Notes: a model not told the origin generated them from the letters alone. Shown: positions 35,612-46,192, counted from the stretch's first letter. The stretch is 64,000 nt of DNA from Mycobacterium leprae (GCA_050262655.1 JBLNEM010000509.1:794-64793); one strand, 5' to 3'. Numbers and translations: made by a program.

Positions 35612-37030
35612 ATGGTCATGGGATCGATCAAGATCGGCACCGACGTGTTGGTCATTGGCGCCGGTCCTGGCGGCTATGTGGCTGCCCAGCGGGCGGCCCA
35701 GTTGGGCAAAGACGTGGTTCTGGTGGAAAGCCGTGAACTGGGCGGCACCTGCCTGAACATCGGCTGCATCCCCTCCAAAGCGTTGATCTCCGTGGGCGAT
35801 TTGATCACCAAGGTAAAGCATGCGGAGGAACGTGGTATCAAGGCGGGGGAGATTCAGCTCGACTTTGCCAAGACGCAGGAGTGGAAGAACGAGAAGGTCA
35901 TCAAGAAGTTGACCGGCGGCGTAGCCACTTTGATGAAGGCGGCCCAGGTCGAGGTTGTGCGGGGCAAGGCCAAGTTCCTGGATGCCCACACCGCAGAGAT
36001 CGAAATCAATGAAGGCGGCAACGCCGTTTACACCTTCAAGAACTGCATCATCGCCTCCGGTTCGGTATCGGTGAACCCTTCCTTCTTCCCGCTTGACGGC
36101 AAGGATGTGGTCGACAGCGAGGGCGCCCTTGGTTTCACCGAGGTGCCCAAGAACATGCTGGTGGTCGGTGGCGGCTATATTGGCGTGGAACTGGGCATTG
36201 CATACGCCAAGCTGGGCAGCAATGTCACCATTGTGGAAGCCACCGAGCAACTGCTGCCGGGGACCGATCCGGACCTGATCAGCGTGCTGATGCGGAAGCT
36301 GAAGAAGCTGAACATCAACGTGATGTTGAAGGCGAAGGCCTCGGGTGGACTGAATGCCGGCAAGGTTCGGGTTGAGGACGCTGAGGGTAAGGCGCAGGAG
36401 ATTCCGGCCGATAAGGTTCTGGTCTCAGTCGGCCGCCGGCCTTACACCGAAGGACTTCACCTGGATCACATCGGGCTGGAGACGGACGCCAAGGGCTTTA
36501 TCCCGGTCGATAACCAGATGCGGACCAAGGTGCCCCACATCTTCGCCATTGGCGATGTGTGCAGCCCGATCATGTTGGCGCATAAGGCCAGCAGTCAAGG
36601 GCGAGTGGCCGCAGAGGCCATTGCTGGGCTTCCCAGTTATGCCGACTGGCAAACGGTCCCGGCCGTGGTCTTCACGGATCCGGAGATCGCCTATGTGGGC
36701 CTCACCGAGAAGCAGGCCAAGGAGCAGGGGTACGACGTAGCCGTCAGCAAATACATGTTTGCGGCGGTTGGTCGGGCCCTAACCATGGCGGAGCCGGACG
36801 GTGTGGTCAAGCTGGTGGCGGATAAGAAGAGCGGCATACTGCTGGGCGCCCAGATGGCCGGGCCCGAGGTGTCGGAGTTAATTGGTGAGATGACCCTGGC
36901 CATCGAGAGGGGGGCGTTGGTGGAAGACGTTTCCCTGACGCCGCATTATCACCCGACTCTGTCCGAGGGCATCCTGGAAGCGGCCCACGCTTTGGTTTCC
37001 AACATTGAAAAGGCCGGTAAGGCCCACTAG
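35612..37030 (+). CDS. lpd: Dihydrolipoyl dehydrogenase, E3 component
   Basis: GAGPGGYVAA, the redox disulfide GGTCLNIGCIPSK, and HPTLSE. Confidence 0.95.
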   Translation: MVMGSIKIGTDVLVIGAGPGGYVAAQRAAQLGKDVVLVESRELGGTCLNIGCIPSKALISVGDLITKVKHAEERGIKAGEIQLDFAKTQEWKNEKVIKKLTGGVATLMKAAQVEVVRGKAKFLDAHTAEIEINEGGNAVYTFKNCIIASGSVSVNPSFFPLDGKDVVDSEGALGFTEVPKNMLVVGGGYIGVELGIAYAKLGSNVTIVEATEQLLPGTDPDLISVLMRKLKKLNINVMLKAKASGGLNAGKVRVEDAEGKAQEIPADKVLVSVGRRPYTEGLHLDHIGLETDAKGFIPVDNQMRTKVPHIFAIGDVCSPIMLAHKASSQGRVAAEAIAGLPSYADWQTVPAVVFTDPEIAYVGLTEKQAKEQGYDVAVSKYMFAAVGRALTMAEPDGVVKLVADKKSGILLGAQMAGPEVSELIGEMTLAIERGALVEDVSLTPHYHPTLSEGILEAAHALVSNIEKAGKAH

Positions 37031-37042
37031 AAACCAAAAGAC

Positions 37043-37076
37043 AAGAACGCCCCCGCATGTGTGCGGGGGCGTTCTT
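37043..37076. terminator. Bidirectional intrinsic terminator (pdh operon / ImmA-like gene)
   Basis: AAGAACGCCCCCGCA-tgtg-TGCGGGGGCGTTCTT. Confidence 0.8.
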
Positions 37077-37632
37077 ATCGGCGTGCGAGCCTCAGGCCCT
37101 CCAAACGGATCTCCATGGCCTGTGGCGAGACATTGAAGTGTTTCACCAATGCGGATACCTTTCCGCCGGTTACCCGATGCATGGCACGTACCGCTGGTTC
37201 GGGCATGAGCAGTGCACCGGCAAAGAGGTTTGCCTCCCACTCTTGTTGGGTGTGAAGCTTGCGCTCGTCTGGTACGACCGCTGTGCCGCGGATTTCCATG
37301 TCACCGGTGGTACAGACAAAAAGCGTGCTGGAGTTGGCGGACTGTCGGCAATGGAGCACGTAGTGGCCGATCTCGTGGGCAATGGAGAATCGCTGCCGAT
37401 GATCGTGGTGGTTCGACTCGACCGCGATCAAGTGCGACGAAGCGTCGAGAAAACCCGCGTAGGAACGTTCGCCAATCTGCAGGTCTGCCACACGTTGGAC
37501 CCCTAGACCGAACAGCAGGCCAGCCACCAACTCAACGTCGATGCGGTAATGGTCCCAGGGCTCGCCCAGAGCGGTTACCTCTTCACAGGCTACCAGGAGT
37601 ACCCGCTCGGCCTCTTGTTCGGCAGGCCTCAA
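37075..37632 (-). CDS. ImmA/IrrE-family (M78) zinc metalloprotease
   Basis: FSIAHEIGHYVLH (HExxH) and EWEANLFAGALLMPEPAV. Confidence 0.8.
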   Translation of the reverse strand: MRPAEQEAERVLLVACEEVTALGEPWDHYRIDVELVAGLLFGLGVQRVADLQIGERSYAGFLDASSHLIAVESNHHDHRQRFSIAHEIGHYVLHCRQSANSSTLFVCTTGDMEIRGTAVVPDERKLHTQQEWEANLFAGALLMPEPAVRAMHRVTGGKVSALVKHFNVSPQAMEIRLEGLRLARR

Positions 37633-38240
37633 TCTGGATCACACCTTCTCGGGTTGTCCGGTGGTTTGCGACTAGCGGAACGGACCTTCTCCAGGAGAGC
37701 CTGACGTTCGGCCTCCGTGCTGGTCTCCTTGTCGCGGGTAAAGACCATGCCGGATTGCATACTGTTGAGCGCATTCAGCGAGAGAAGCCGGCGGACCTCT
37801 TTCAGCAGGGCGCTGAAGGGGGCCGAAACCTTGGCTGCCAACTGCCGGACAGCAGCATTATCCGACAGGGTTTCAGTTGGAGTCCCGGCACGGGACAACT
37901 GTTCCAGGCTGTCGACCGGCAGACCCGAGCGGCGGGCCTGCTCCTCGATGGAGAGGCCGGACACGACTCGGTCCTGTGTGAACAGGTCGCCAATGGTTGC
38001 GGCAGAGGTTGCAGAACGGGGTACCAACTCCGCATGCAGCTTCAGCGCAAAGGTGTGGCTTGCGAATTCCGCCTGGCGCCACCGTTTCTCGTTATCGAGT
38101 TCCAGAATGACCGGAATCAGCTCTTCCAGTTCGGCGGTGTACTCGGGGTAAGTGGCGAGCACTGTGGCAACGCCCTGCTGATCGGACCGTTCAAGGCACG
38201 CCTGCAATTCTGCAACCACGGATTCGATAGGCCTGGTCAT
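37629..38240 (-). CDS. Soluble XRE-type HTH protein (ImmR-like / possible anti-sigma factor)
   Basis: Central HTH IGDLFTQDRVVSGLSIEEQARRSGLPVDSLEQLSRAG and no TM segment. It has 4-nt overlaps with both neighbouring genes. Confidence 0.6.
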   Translation of the reverse strand: MTRPIESVVAELQACLERSDQQGVATVLATYPEYTAELEELIPVILELDNEKRWRQAEFASHTFALKLHAELVPRSATSAATIGDLFTQDRVVSGLSIEEQARRSGLPVDSLEQLSRAGTPTETLSDNAAVRQLAAKVSAPFSALLKEVRRLLSLNALNSMQSGMVFTRDKETSTEAERQALLEKVRSASRKPPDNPRRCDPD

Positions 38241-38878
38241 GCTTCGCTACCCCCTCCGCCAAAGCGCAGAGCCAGAAGCTGGCGCTTCAATTCTTTTAGG
38301 CCCCGATAGTAATAATTTTCCACGCGTTTCTCCACGTTGCCGTCGTCTGCAACCAGCCCTTCTGCCAGGAGCAGGTTGGCTGTCTCCCGGTTTGAACGTC
38401 CCTCGAACTGGCGAGCCTGAATGACGATTCGGTAATGATCGGGGATCTGTTCCAGTGCAAGGTGCAGCAACTGCTCTTCTTCCGTTCGGATGGTTTCAGC
38501 CAGGGGGTCCATGGTGTGACCGACCTGCCGTTCGAGCAGGGAGCTGCTGTCCGGGTCGCTGGCGGCAACCGGGGCGTCAAGGGTGGCGTCTTCTTTGCTG
38601 CGGCCCTTTTTCCGTAGTTCGTCGATCAGGCGACGACGGAGCAGGGTCCAGAACAGAGCGGAGAACTGCTGTGCGGGTTCACGCTGTAGGGCGGTGACCA
38701 CTGCGAGCCACAAGTTCTGCATGATGTCCTGGGCGAGAAACGGGTCGCTAACTTGGCCGCGCAAATAGCGCATGCCCTTTCCGTGGTACCGGTCAACCAG
38801 TTCCGCCCATGCGGCATCTTCCCCCTGCAGGGCGGCTTGCAACAAGGCGTCATCGGTCCAGGAGGCGAACTGCCCCAA
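38237..38878 (-). CDS. Sigma-70 family (ECF-like, regions 2 and 4) RNA polymerase sigma factor
   Basis: Region 2: ELVDRYHGKGMRYLRGQVSDPFLAQDIMQNLWLAV. Region 4: IPDHYRIVIQARQFEGRSNRETANLL...YYYRGLKELKRQL. TTG start 9 nt after AGGAGG. Confidence 0.8.
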   Translation of the reverse strand: MGQFASWTDDALLQAALQGEDAAWAELVDRYHGKGMRYLRGQVSDPFLAQDIMQNLWLAVVTALQREPAQQFSALFWTLLRRRLIDELRKKGRSKEDATLDAPVAASDPDSSSLLERQVGHTMDPLAETIRTEEEQLLHLALEQIPDHYRIVIQARQFEGRSNRETANLLLAEGLVADDGNVEKRVENYYYRGLKELKRQLLALRFGGGGSEA

Positions 38879-38926
38879 ACGAGTCGACCTCCTAACTCTC
38901 TAAGTCGATGGTGAAAGGAAAAGTCC

Positions 38927-39412
38927 TCACCAACCGGCTTTATCGGTGCCCGGCAGCGCGTATGCCCGCCAGATAGCATGAAGCAAGTCGTCGCGGGAGA
39001 CGATGCCGACCAGCACGCCGCCCTCCGACACCACGGGCACACGTTTAATCCGGTAGTCTACCATGAGTCCGGCCACATCTACCACGTCATCATCTAGGTG
39101 GCACGTAATCACGTTTTTCGTACATATGCTCATGACAGGTTCGTCCAGCATCCGCTGAAACCGTTCCCGTACGCCGTCTTCTTCATCCTGGATCACCACG
39201 GCGAAGGTCAGGAAATCGATGGCCCGCGGATGGTGTCTGCGGCCTCGACGGAGCAGGTCTGCGTAGGTGATGATCCCTACCACCTGATTCGTGTCATCAA
39301 CCACCGGAAGGCCGTCAATCCTGTGATCCATCATGACGCGCAATGCATCGGCCACCTTGGTTTCAGGCCGGACCCGTACTACTCCGGAGTTCATGACGCT
39401 TTGAATATCCAT
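38927..39412 (-). CDS. CBS-pair domain protein
   Basis: Two CBS motifs (VADALRVMMDHRIDGLPVVDD..QVVGIITYADLL and VVDVAGLMVDYRIKRVPVVSEGGVLVGIVSRDDLL). Confidence 0.8.
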   Translation of the reverse strand: MDIQSVMNSGVVRVRPETKVADALRVMMDHRIDGLPVVDDTNQVVGIITYADLLRRGRRHHPRAIDFLTFAVVIQDEEDGVRERFQRMLDEPVMSICTKNVITCHLDDDVVDVAGLMVDYRIKRVPVVSEGGVLVGIVSRDDLLHAIWRAYALPGTDKAGW

Positions 39413-39564
39413 GAGCTCGCCTCCCGTCAGAGGAGTTGAGCGATATTTCTTCGTCCCACCCTTAACATCCTGTCAAGCACTTTCACTACTTTGGTTTTGC
39501 GCCTTCTACACAATTCTCGTATACTCAGGGGTGAAGCCTGTTGCAGGGATACGGGGGGAGAGCC

Positions 39565-40254
39565 ATGGCACCACGCATATTGGTGGTGGACGACGATCCA
39601 AAGATTACTTCCTTCTTGCGGCGCGGGTTGGCTCTTGAGGGGTATGAGGTCACCGTCTCCAACCACAGCGCCGAGGCGCTGCGCATGGTGGCCGAAGAAG
39701 TTCCCGACATGATTATCCTGGACATCATGATGCCAGGGGTTGACGGGCTGGAGGCATGTCGGCGGATTCGGGCTGCCGGCGAAGCAGTGCCCATTCTGAT
39801 GTTGACCGCCCGCGACACGGTGGCAGACCGGGTAAAGGGGCTGGATTGCGGTTCCGATGATTACCTGGTGAAGCCTTTTGCGCTGGAGGAACTGCTGGCA
39901 CGGGTGCGTGCCCTGTTGCGGCGCAGCAAGACGGGCCGCGAGGAGGAGTCCCGGCCTGGGCTGCTTTCCTACGCCAACCTTGAGTTGGACACGGCCAGTC
40001 GTGAAGCAAGGCGAGGACACCGCGTGATTGACCTGACCGCCAAGGAATACGAGTTGCTTGTCCTATTCATGAGCCGCCCGCGGCAGGTACTCACGCGGGA
40101 TACCTTGATGGAACAGGTATGGGGCTACGACTATACCGGCGAGAGCAATGTGCTGGAGGTTTACGTCGGTTATCTTCGTCAGAAGCTCGAGGCGGCTGGC
40201 GAAGCACGCTTGATCCAGACTGTCCGAGGTGTTGGCTACGTATTGAAGGAGTGA
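39565..40254 (+). CDS. OmpR/PhoB-family response regulator (CssR-like)
   Basis: [11 protein letters not shown]...[15 protein letters not shown]...LMLTARD, plus a winged helix ([34 protein letters not shown]). Confidence 0.9.
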   Translation: MAPRILVVDDDPKITSFLRRGLALEGYEVTVSNHSAEALRMVAEEVPDMIILDIMMPGVDGLEACRRIRAAGEAVPILMLTARDTVADRVKGLDCGSDDYLVKPFALEELLARVRALLRRSKTGREEESRPGLLSYANLELDTASREARRGHRVIDLTAKEYELLVLFMSRPRQVLTRDTLMEQVWGYDYTGESNVLEVYVGYLRQKLEAAGEARLIQTVRGVGYVLKE

Positions 40255-40260
40255 GCACCT

Positions 40261-41610
40261 TTGTCAATCAGGCTGCGGCTCACTTTGCTCTATTCCGGGC
40301 TGATGATGGTCGGCCTGGTACTATTCAGCATCCTTCTGTCCGGCGTACTGCGGCTCACCTTCATTCAAGCGATGGACAAGAACCTGGAGGATACAGCCAC
40401 CACGACTCTGGAGTATTTTAACTCCTACGGGCGACTCCCACCGTCGCAGCAAGCCGTGGGTTCGAAATACATTCAAGTGCGTACCGACGACACGGTTTGG
40501 GCCAGTCAAGAGATGACCGGCCAATTTCCCATACAACCGGCTGCCCGACAGGGCCAGAAGACATGGTCCACCGAAGTGGACCAGAACGGCATGACGTACC
40601 GCCTGTATACCATGCCAGTCGGTGAGGGGAATAAGCGCTTCTACGTGCAGGTTGCATCCTCTCTCGAGAACCTGGACGATGCATCCCAGGAGTTGCGCAT
40701 GCCGCTGACCCTGGGCACCATCCTGTTCCTGGGTCTGGCGGCGTTAGGCACCTGGTGGGTGGCTCGCCGGGCCATTGAGCCGGTGGAAAGCGTGGTGAGG
40801 GCTGCTGAGGCGATTGGCGGCTCCCAGGACCTGAGTCTGCGGGTGCCGTACCAGGGGCCGGATGACGAGGTGGGGCGTCTGGTGAAGACGTTCAACGCGA
40901 TGTTGGACCAGTTGCAAGGCATGTACCAGCGCATGGCCACGGCGATTGACGCACAGCAGCGATTCGTTGCCGATGCTTCGCACGAACTGCGTACGCCGCT
41001 GACGATTATCCGGGGGAACATTGATTACTTACAGCGCGCCAAGACGTTGGATGCCGAGGCATTGGCGGATATGGAATCCGAGGCCGCGCGCATGACCCGT
41101 CTTGTCGAGGAACTGCTGACGGTGGCCCGGGCTGATGCCGGGCAGTCAATCGATCTGGAGCCGCTCATCCTCGGGCCGTTAGTTGCTGAGGTCTGTCGGA
41201 AGGCCCAGGCCTTACCCCATGAAGCCGACTTCCAACCGGACCCTCCGGAAGCTCTGGATGCGATTGAAGTGCTGGGACACAAAGAGTGGCTGACACGGAC
41301 ATTGCTGATTCTGGTGGAGAATGCGTTCAAATACACGCCTTCAGGCGTTGTGACGGTCCGCACGGTACGTCAGGCAGACGAGGTAGTTATCCAGGTTCAG
41401 GACACCGGCATCGGCATCGCCCGTGAGGATGTGCCCTACATTTTTGAACGCTTCTATCGGGCCGATCGGGCCCGGAGTCGAGGCGGGGTAGGCCTGGGCC
41501 TGGCGATTGCCCAGTGGGCGGCGGGCATGCACGGCGGGCGCATCACGGTAGAGAGTGAACTGGGGCAGGGCAGTACCTTCAGCCTTTGGTTACCGCTGTT
41601 CCATGAATGA
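40261..41610 (+). CDS. Sensor histidine kinase (two TM helices, HAMP, HisKA, HATPase_c; CssS-like)
   Basis: H-box [37 protein letters not shown]. Confidence 0.9.
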   Translation: MSIRLRLTLLYSGLMMVGLVLFSILLSGVLRLTFIQAMDKNLEDTATTTLEYFNSYGRLPPSQQAVGSKYIQVRTDDTVWASQEMTGQFPIQPAARQGQKTWSTEVDQNGMTYRLYTMPVGEGNKRFYVQVASSLENLDDASQELRMPLTLGTILFLGLAALGTWWVARRAIEPVESVVRAAEAIGGSQDLSLRVPYQGPDDEVGRLVKTFNAMLDQLQGMYQRMATAIDAQQRFVADASHELRTPLTIIRGNIDYLQRAKTLDAEALADMESEAARMTRLVEELLTVARADAGQSIDLEPLILGPLVAEVCRKAQALPHEADFQPDPPEALDAIEVLGHKEWLTRTLLILVENAFKYTPSGVVTVRTVRQADEVVIQVQDTGIGIAREDVPYIFERFYRADRARSRGGVGLGLAIAQWAAGMHGGRITVESELGQGSTFSLWLPLFHE

Positions 41611-41731
41611 GCTTGGCCTCTTCGTCCAAAATTCTTCGTCCGGTTTTGAAACATGTTCAGGCTAGATTCAGCGGGAACTTGCATGATAGACGGTGTCAGG
41701 ACGGGAGCAATCATGAAAGGAGTGGACTGTT

Positions 41732-43114
41732 ATGCAGGATGAAAAGGACCTATGGAACCCTGAGGGCGAGCATAACGAGCCCTCCGCCGACAATGAAAAC
41801 CGGCCGGAGACTGTTAACGCTACGCCACAAGAGACTGAGGAGCAGAGCCATATTGAACAGGACCCAGTGATGGAGTTGCCGGAGATTCCTGTCGTAGAGC
41901 CCGTCAGCGAAGCACCACTGGTTTTTCCGGCCGAACAGCCAAAGCGGAAGGCGGGCGCAGGTTGGAAGGTGTTCGCTGCCGCAGTTGCTCTGGTAGCGAT
42001 CGGCGCCGGCGTTGGCAGTGCCACGACCTGGGCTTTGGCTCGCAACCTACAGGCTAATTCGGTGCCCATCGGCTACAAAGTGAGCACCTCCACCAGCGCC
42101 ACTCCTGTGGCTAACACGCCTATTGCACAGGGGAACGTGATTCCGGACATCTACCGGAAGGTCTCTCCCTCCGTGGTCTGGATCAAGGTAGCCATTCAGA
42201 AGGGTTGGCAGCGCGGCCAGGCCTCTGGCTCTGGTTTCGTGGTCGATCCCAGCGGCTACATTCTCACCAATAATCATGTCATCGATGGCGGCACGAACAT
42301 CACGGTCCAGTTTGTGGACGGGACCGTTCTGCCGGCCAAGGTAGTGGGCACAGATAAGTACAAGGATCTGGCCGTCATTAAGGTAGACCCGGGCAACCGG
42401 CAGCTGATTGCTGCTACCCTGGGCGATTCGTCCAAGGTGCAGGTTGGCGAACTGGCCGTTGCGATCGGTAGTCCGTTTGATCAGGAGTTCACCGTTACGG
42501 CCGGCATCGTTTCCGGTGTCAACCGGGATCTGGAGGAGGATAACAACCCCTTCACCATTCCCGGCGGCATTCAGACCGACGCCGCCATTAACCCCGGCAA
42601 CTCCGGTGGTCCGCTGCTGAACGGGAACGGTGAGGTCATCGGCATCAACACCCTGATTGAGACCGGCAACTCTGGTGCCAGTGGCAATATCGGTATCGGC
42701 TTTGCCGTGCCGATTAATGCCGCCAAGGAGATCCTGCCCACACTGATGCAGGGAAAGGCTGTCAGCTACCCGGCACTCGGCATCGGGCTGGCGGATATGG
42801 CTGACGTCGATTGGGCCAACGCTCCTTCCATCAAGGAGGGCGCTGTTGTAGCCAAGGTATACACGGGATCTGGTGCGGCAGCAGCCGGTCTGCAGGATCC
42901 GGTCGTAACCCGCTCAGGCGTGGTGAGTTCCGCGGACGTGATCGTGTCGATCGACGGCAAGGCCATCAAGAATGGCCAGGATGTCATCAGCTATATCCAG
43001 GGCAAGAAGGTTGGCGACACCGTGACCTTGACTGTGGTCCGCGGGAAGGACCGGTTGACCATTCCGGTCAAGCTGGGTGATCGCTCCGCCCTCAATACTG
43101 ACAGCAACAACTAA
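41732..43114 (+). CDS. htrA: HtrA/DegP-family serine protease with a PDZ domain
   Basis: TM anchor, catalytic motifs TNNHV and DLAVIKV, GNSGGPLLN, and a C-terminal PDZ domain. Confidence 0.9.
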   Translation: MQDEKDLWNPEGEHNEPSADNENRPETVNATPQETEEQSHIEQDPVMELPEIPVVEPVSEAPLVFPAEQPKRKAGAGWKVFAAAVALVAIGAGVGSATTWALARNLQANSVPIGYKVSTSTSATPVANTPIAQGNVIPDIYRKVSPSVVWIKVAIQKGWQRGQASGSGFVVDPSGYILTNNHVIDGGTNITVQFVDGTVLPAKVVGTDKYKDLAVIKVDPGNRQLIAATLGDSSKVQVGELAVAIGSPFDQEFTVTAGIVSGVNRDLEEDNNPFTIPGGIQTDAAINPGNSGGPLLNGNGEVIGINTLIETGNSGASGNIGIGFAVPINAAKEILPTLMQGKAVSYPALGIGLADMADVDWANAPSIKEGAVVAKVYTGSGAAAAGLQDPVVTRSGVVSSADVIVSIDGKAIKNGQDVISYIQGKKVGDTVTLTVVRGKDRLTIPVKLGDRSALNTDSNN

Positions 43115-43138
43115 AGGAAGCGCAGGGGTTAGCCCAGG

Positions 43139-43174
43139 GAGCAGCCGGCATTACAAGCCGGCTGCTCTTTTGAT
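43139..43174 (+). terminator. Intrinsic terminator after htrA
   Basis: GAGCAGCCGGC-attacaa-GCCGGCTGCTC followed by ttttgattt. Confidence 0.8.
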
Positions 43175-43223
43175 TTGGTAAGACAGGATGCGGTCATACT
43201 AAACGGCATGAGGAGGGAGTCAT

Positions 43224-43451
43224 ATGACCGAGAACAACGACCGAAAAGTTGCCAGGACTACGCCGGAGTCTCATCTTGCCAATGCAGCGCACGCTGCTCA
43301 GAGCCAGAACACAAATCCGAACATGGGTCAGCAGCCGTCTACGATCGGAGAGATGTACCTGGACCACGGCACACCGTCGCTTGTAGCACAAGACAATCCC
43401 GACGACTCACAGCTTGGGGCCAGTGATAACAAGACGCAAAAGAAAGCATGA
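43224..43451 (+). CDS. Small, highly hydrophilic protein (75 aa), function unknown
   Basis: GAGGAGGGAG Shine-Dalgarno 5 nt before the ATG. Composition is rich in Q, N, S, T and D. Confidence 0.5.
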   Translation: MTENNDRKVARTTPESHLANAAHAAQSQNTNPNMGQQPSTIGEMYLDHGTPSLVAQDNPDDSQLGASDNKTQKKA

Positions 43452-43548
43452 TCCGCTGTTAATCAGCCCGTCGGTTCTGCTAAACTGGAGTCAGGCAGCG
43501 CGAACTTACGGGCTTATTCTCCTTGTGAGACGAAGGGGTGTGGCGTAG

Positions 43549-43992
43549 ATGTCTCGCCTCCACGCCAGCATCTGGATTGCCTGTACGCCCGAAGAGGTAT
43601 TTGGGGTTCTGGAAGAGCCCAACAGACGGCTCTTTCCGCCCCATGGACCTCACGTGTTCCGGCTGAGTCCGTCATGTGGCATTGGCACCAGGTATCGGCT
43701 TGAGTTCAGGCGTATGGGGCTTAGCTTGCATGTCGACTGCTCGGTGACTGAATATGTCCCCGGCTGTCGACTGGCATTCAAGAGCGCCGCAGGCTGGACG
43801 ATGAATTCAGTCGCCAGCCTCAAACCGGAAGCCGGGGGGACCCGCCTTGACCTTCAGGCGACTTACACACTGCCACCGGTCCTGCGCTGGCTGGTGCCAG
43901 GGGGCCTCATCCGACTGAGCGTCTGGCAGACCCTGTGCCGGGCGAAGTTAGTGAGTGAAGAGGCGCGGCCTTTGCGCGTCATCTCAACCTGA
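43549..43992 (+). CDS. SRPBCC (START/polyketide-cyclase-like) family protein
   Basis: About 147 aa, opening with the typical pattern LHASIWIACTPEEVFGVLEEP. Confidence 0.5.
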   Translation: MSRLHASIWIACTPEEVFGVLEEPNRRLFPPHGPHVFRLSPSCGIGTRYRLEFRRMGLSLHVDCSVTEYVPGCRLAFKSAAGWTMNSVASLKPEAGGTRLDLQATYTLPPVLRWLVPGGLIRLSVWQTLCRAKLVSEEARPLRVIST

Positions 43993-44016
43993 GGCGGACC
44001 CGCACACAAGGGCGGT

Positions 44017-45108
44017 ATGGCGAGGGGGGGACCTGGGTTGGTGCGCATACGACTGGCCAGTTTGCTGCTCGGCTTATTGCTGATCACCACTACCGGTTGT
44101 GCCGACCCGTTGCCCCCTGTACCGCCCTCGCCACAACCCGCACCATCGCCGACTCCCCGGCCCTCCGACCGCGAAGCGCTCGCTTTTGTTGAGGCGTTTA
44201 TGCAGGCCCGGATGGCCGGTGCCACGTCTGCGGTCCAAGCCATGCTTGACCGTTCTTTGGCCGGGAGGGCCGGTACTTTCGCACTCAAGAGCGGTGAACG
44301 TATCACCGCATACTTGGTGGAAGCGCTGCCGAATGATAACGAGGCATTCTTCCGTTACCAGATCCGCGTCGCGGTCAGCATTGATGCTTCCCGCAGCCGG
44401 GTTGCCACCGAGCGGCTGACCGTGGCCTGGCGAGGGGGCTTCAAGGCAGCCGATTGGGTTGACGTGCCAACGCAGATGCTGACACTCAGTGAGGGCAAAG
44501 ATCGCAAGCTTTATTTGTACCGGGGGCAGGACCTCGCAGAGGTAGCGGATCGGGACGTCTTGCCCAAAGCATACCGCCCCTTTGGCGCGGGGGCCGGCAT
44601 CGCGTTCGCTACGGGCCGCGAGGGGTGGCTGGTGGCAGCTCCTTCTCTGACCGGCAGTCATGTGCTTTGGGTCACCAGGGGTAACCACCCGCTACTTGGG
44701 TTTAGTCAGGTCAATTGGGGTGGGGCGCCCATTCAGGCGTCACTGGACCTGCTCTTCGAGGGCGGAGCAACCGAAGCGGCGTGGGCCCCGGGTACTGCCC
44801 AGCACGTCGCTGTGGCCGTGGCCGTTCCCTCCGGTAGCACGCTGCTCTACATTTGGGACGTCACGACGAAGACCCGATTTGGGCCAGATTTAACCAAAGA
44901 ACTTGGGCCCGACGTGACGGTCAAGGGCATACGCTGGCCATGCGCCGTCCGAAAGATCGTGGCATTCGACATCCTTCAGGGCGGCCGGCAGAGTGGTCCC
45001 TGGCTATACGATTTGGAACAAGGCCTGGAGCAGAAGCGTTTGGTCGGACCACAGGGAAGCGACCTTTCGGCCATATGTGCGCAGTCTGTTGTACCGGCTC
45101 AGCCGTGA
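44017..45108 (+). CDS. Hypothetical lipoprotein
   Basis: Lipobox LLITTTGC followed by a Pro-rich linker. I recognise no family. Confidence 0.55.
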   Translation: MARGGPGLVRIRLASLLLGLLLITTTGCADPLPPVPPSPQPAPSPTPRPSDREALAFVEAFMQARMAGATSAVQAMLDRSLAGRAGTFALKSGERITAYLVEALPNDNEAFFRYQIRVAVSIDASRSRVATERLTVAWRGGFKAADWVDVPTQMLTLSEGKDRKLYLYRGQDLAEVADRDVLPKAYRPFGAGAGIAFATGREGWLVAAPSLTGSHVLWVTRGNHPLLGFSQVNWGGAPIQASLDLLFEGGATEAAWAPGTAQHVAVAVAVPSGSTLLYIWDVTTKTRFGPDLTKELGPDVTVKGIRWPCAVRKIVAFDILQGGRQSGPWLYDLEQGLEQKRLVGPQGSDLSAICAQSVVPAQP

Positions 45109-45239
45109 CCAGATCCACCGCCTTCCCGACAGCGGAAGGCGGGTTCTTATACGCGGCAGGATTTGGCGCTGGTCAGGCGAAGCCATTCTGACCGGCTATT
45201 TGGGGCCCAAGATTGCCCGACAGAACAGGGAGAGAAGCA

Positions 45240-46187
45240 ATGGTTGCAGACCGCATTTTGACGGTGGCGCTGAACGCAGCAGTGGATGTTTCATATATCG
45301 TGGATGGCTTTGGTGTCGACAAGATTAACATCGCCCGTGCTACGACGAAAAACGCCGGCGGAAAGGCCAATAATGTGGCCAGGGTGCTGGCTTCGCTCGG
45401 GCAGCCGGTTATTGCTACTGGCCTTGCCTGCGGGTCGGCCGGACAGTTCATTGCGGAGGACCTGCGGATTCGCTCCGTCGAGCCCCAGTTCGTGGCAGCC
45501 CCTGGCGAGAGTCGAACCTGCATGGCGATTGTGGACCCGATGGGCCACACCTTGACCGAACTTCGCGAGAAAGGGCCTACCTTGACCGCAGCGGACGCCG
45601 ATCGTTTTCTGGAAAAGTTCACGGGGTTATTATGGCGGGCCAAGCTTGTGGTGATGTCTGGCTCCCTGCCACCGGGGATTCCTGCGGACTTCTACGGTAA
45701 GCTTATCCATGCAGCCTACCGCCAAACGCAAGTGCGGACGATCCTCGATGCAAGCGGGCGCTCTTTGGCTGAGGCTCTGGCCATGCATCCCTATCTGGTT
45801 AAGCCAAACCGTGATGAGCTTGAGGAATGGGCTGGTCGGCCGCTGCCGGATGAGGGAGCCTTGCTATCAGCAGCACAAGACCTGATCAAAGCCGGTCCGC
45901 TGACCGTTGCCGTTTCGCTCGGACCGGAGGGACTGCTGATGGTATCGCCGGAGGGCGCCTGGCGGGCAGTTCCACCGCGTATCACCCCGGTGAATACGGT
46001 AGGATCCGGCGATTCGCTGGTGGCAGGCTTTGCCGCCGGTCTGGTACAGGGATTATCAGCAGAAGAGATTTTGCGGCTGGCGGTTGCCTGCGGGACGGCC
46101 AACGCCTTGACCAGCGAAGTGGCAGTCGTGGATCCGGCAGATCTGGAGCGGATTCGCCCACAGGTACGAGTTGAACGTGTTGGTTGA
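45240..46187 (+). CDS. PfkB-family hexose-phosphate kinase (1-phosphofructokinase / tagatose-6-P kinase type)
   Basis: ILTVALNAAVDVSY...GGKANNVARVL...VVMSGSLPPG...KPNRDELE...NTVGSGDSLVAGF. Confidence 0.8.
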   Translation: MVADRILTVALNAAVDVSYIVDGFGVDKINIARATTKNAGGKANNVARVLASLGQPVIATGLACGSAGQFIAEDLRIRSVEPQFVAAPGESRTCMAIVDPMGHTLTELREKGPTLTAADADRFLEKFTGLLWRAKLVVMSGSLPPGIPADFYGKLIHAAYRQTQVRTILDASGRSLAEALAMHPYLVKPNRDELEEWAGRPLPDEGALLSAAQDLIKAGPLTVAVSLGPEGLLMVSPEGAWRAVPPRITPVNTVGSGDSLVAGFAAGLVQGLSAEEILRLAVACGTANALTSEVAVVDPADLERIRPQVRVERVG

Positions 46188-46192
46188 TGGCG

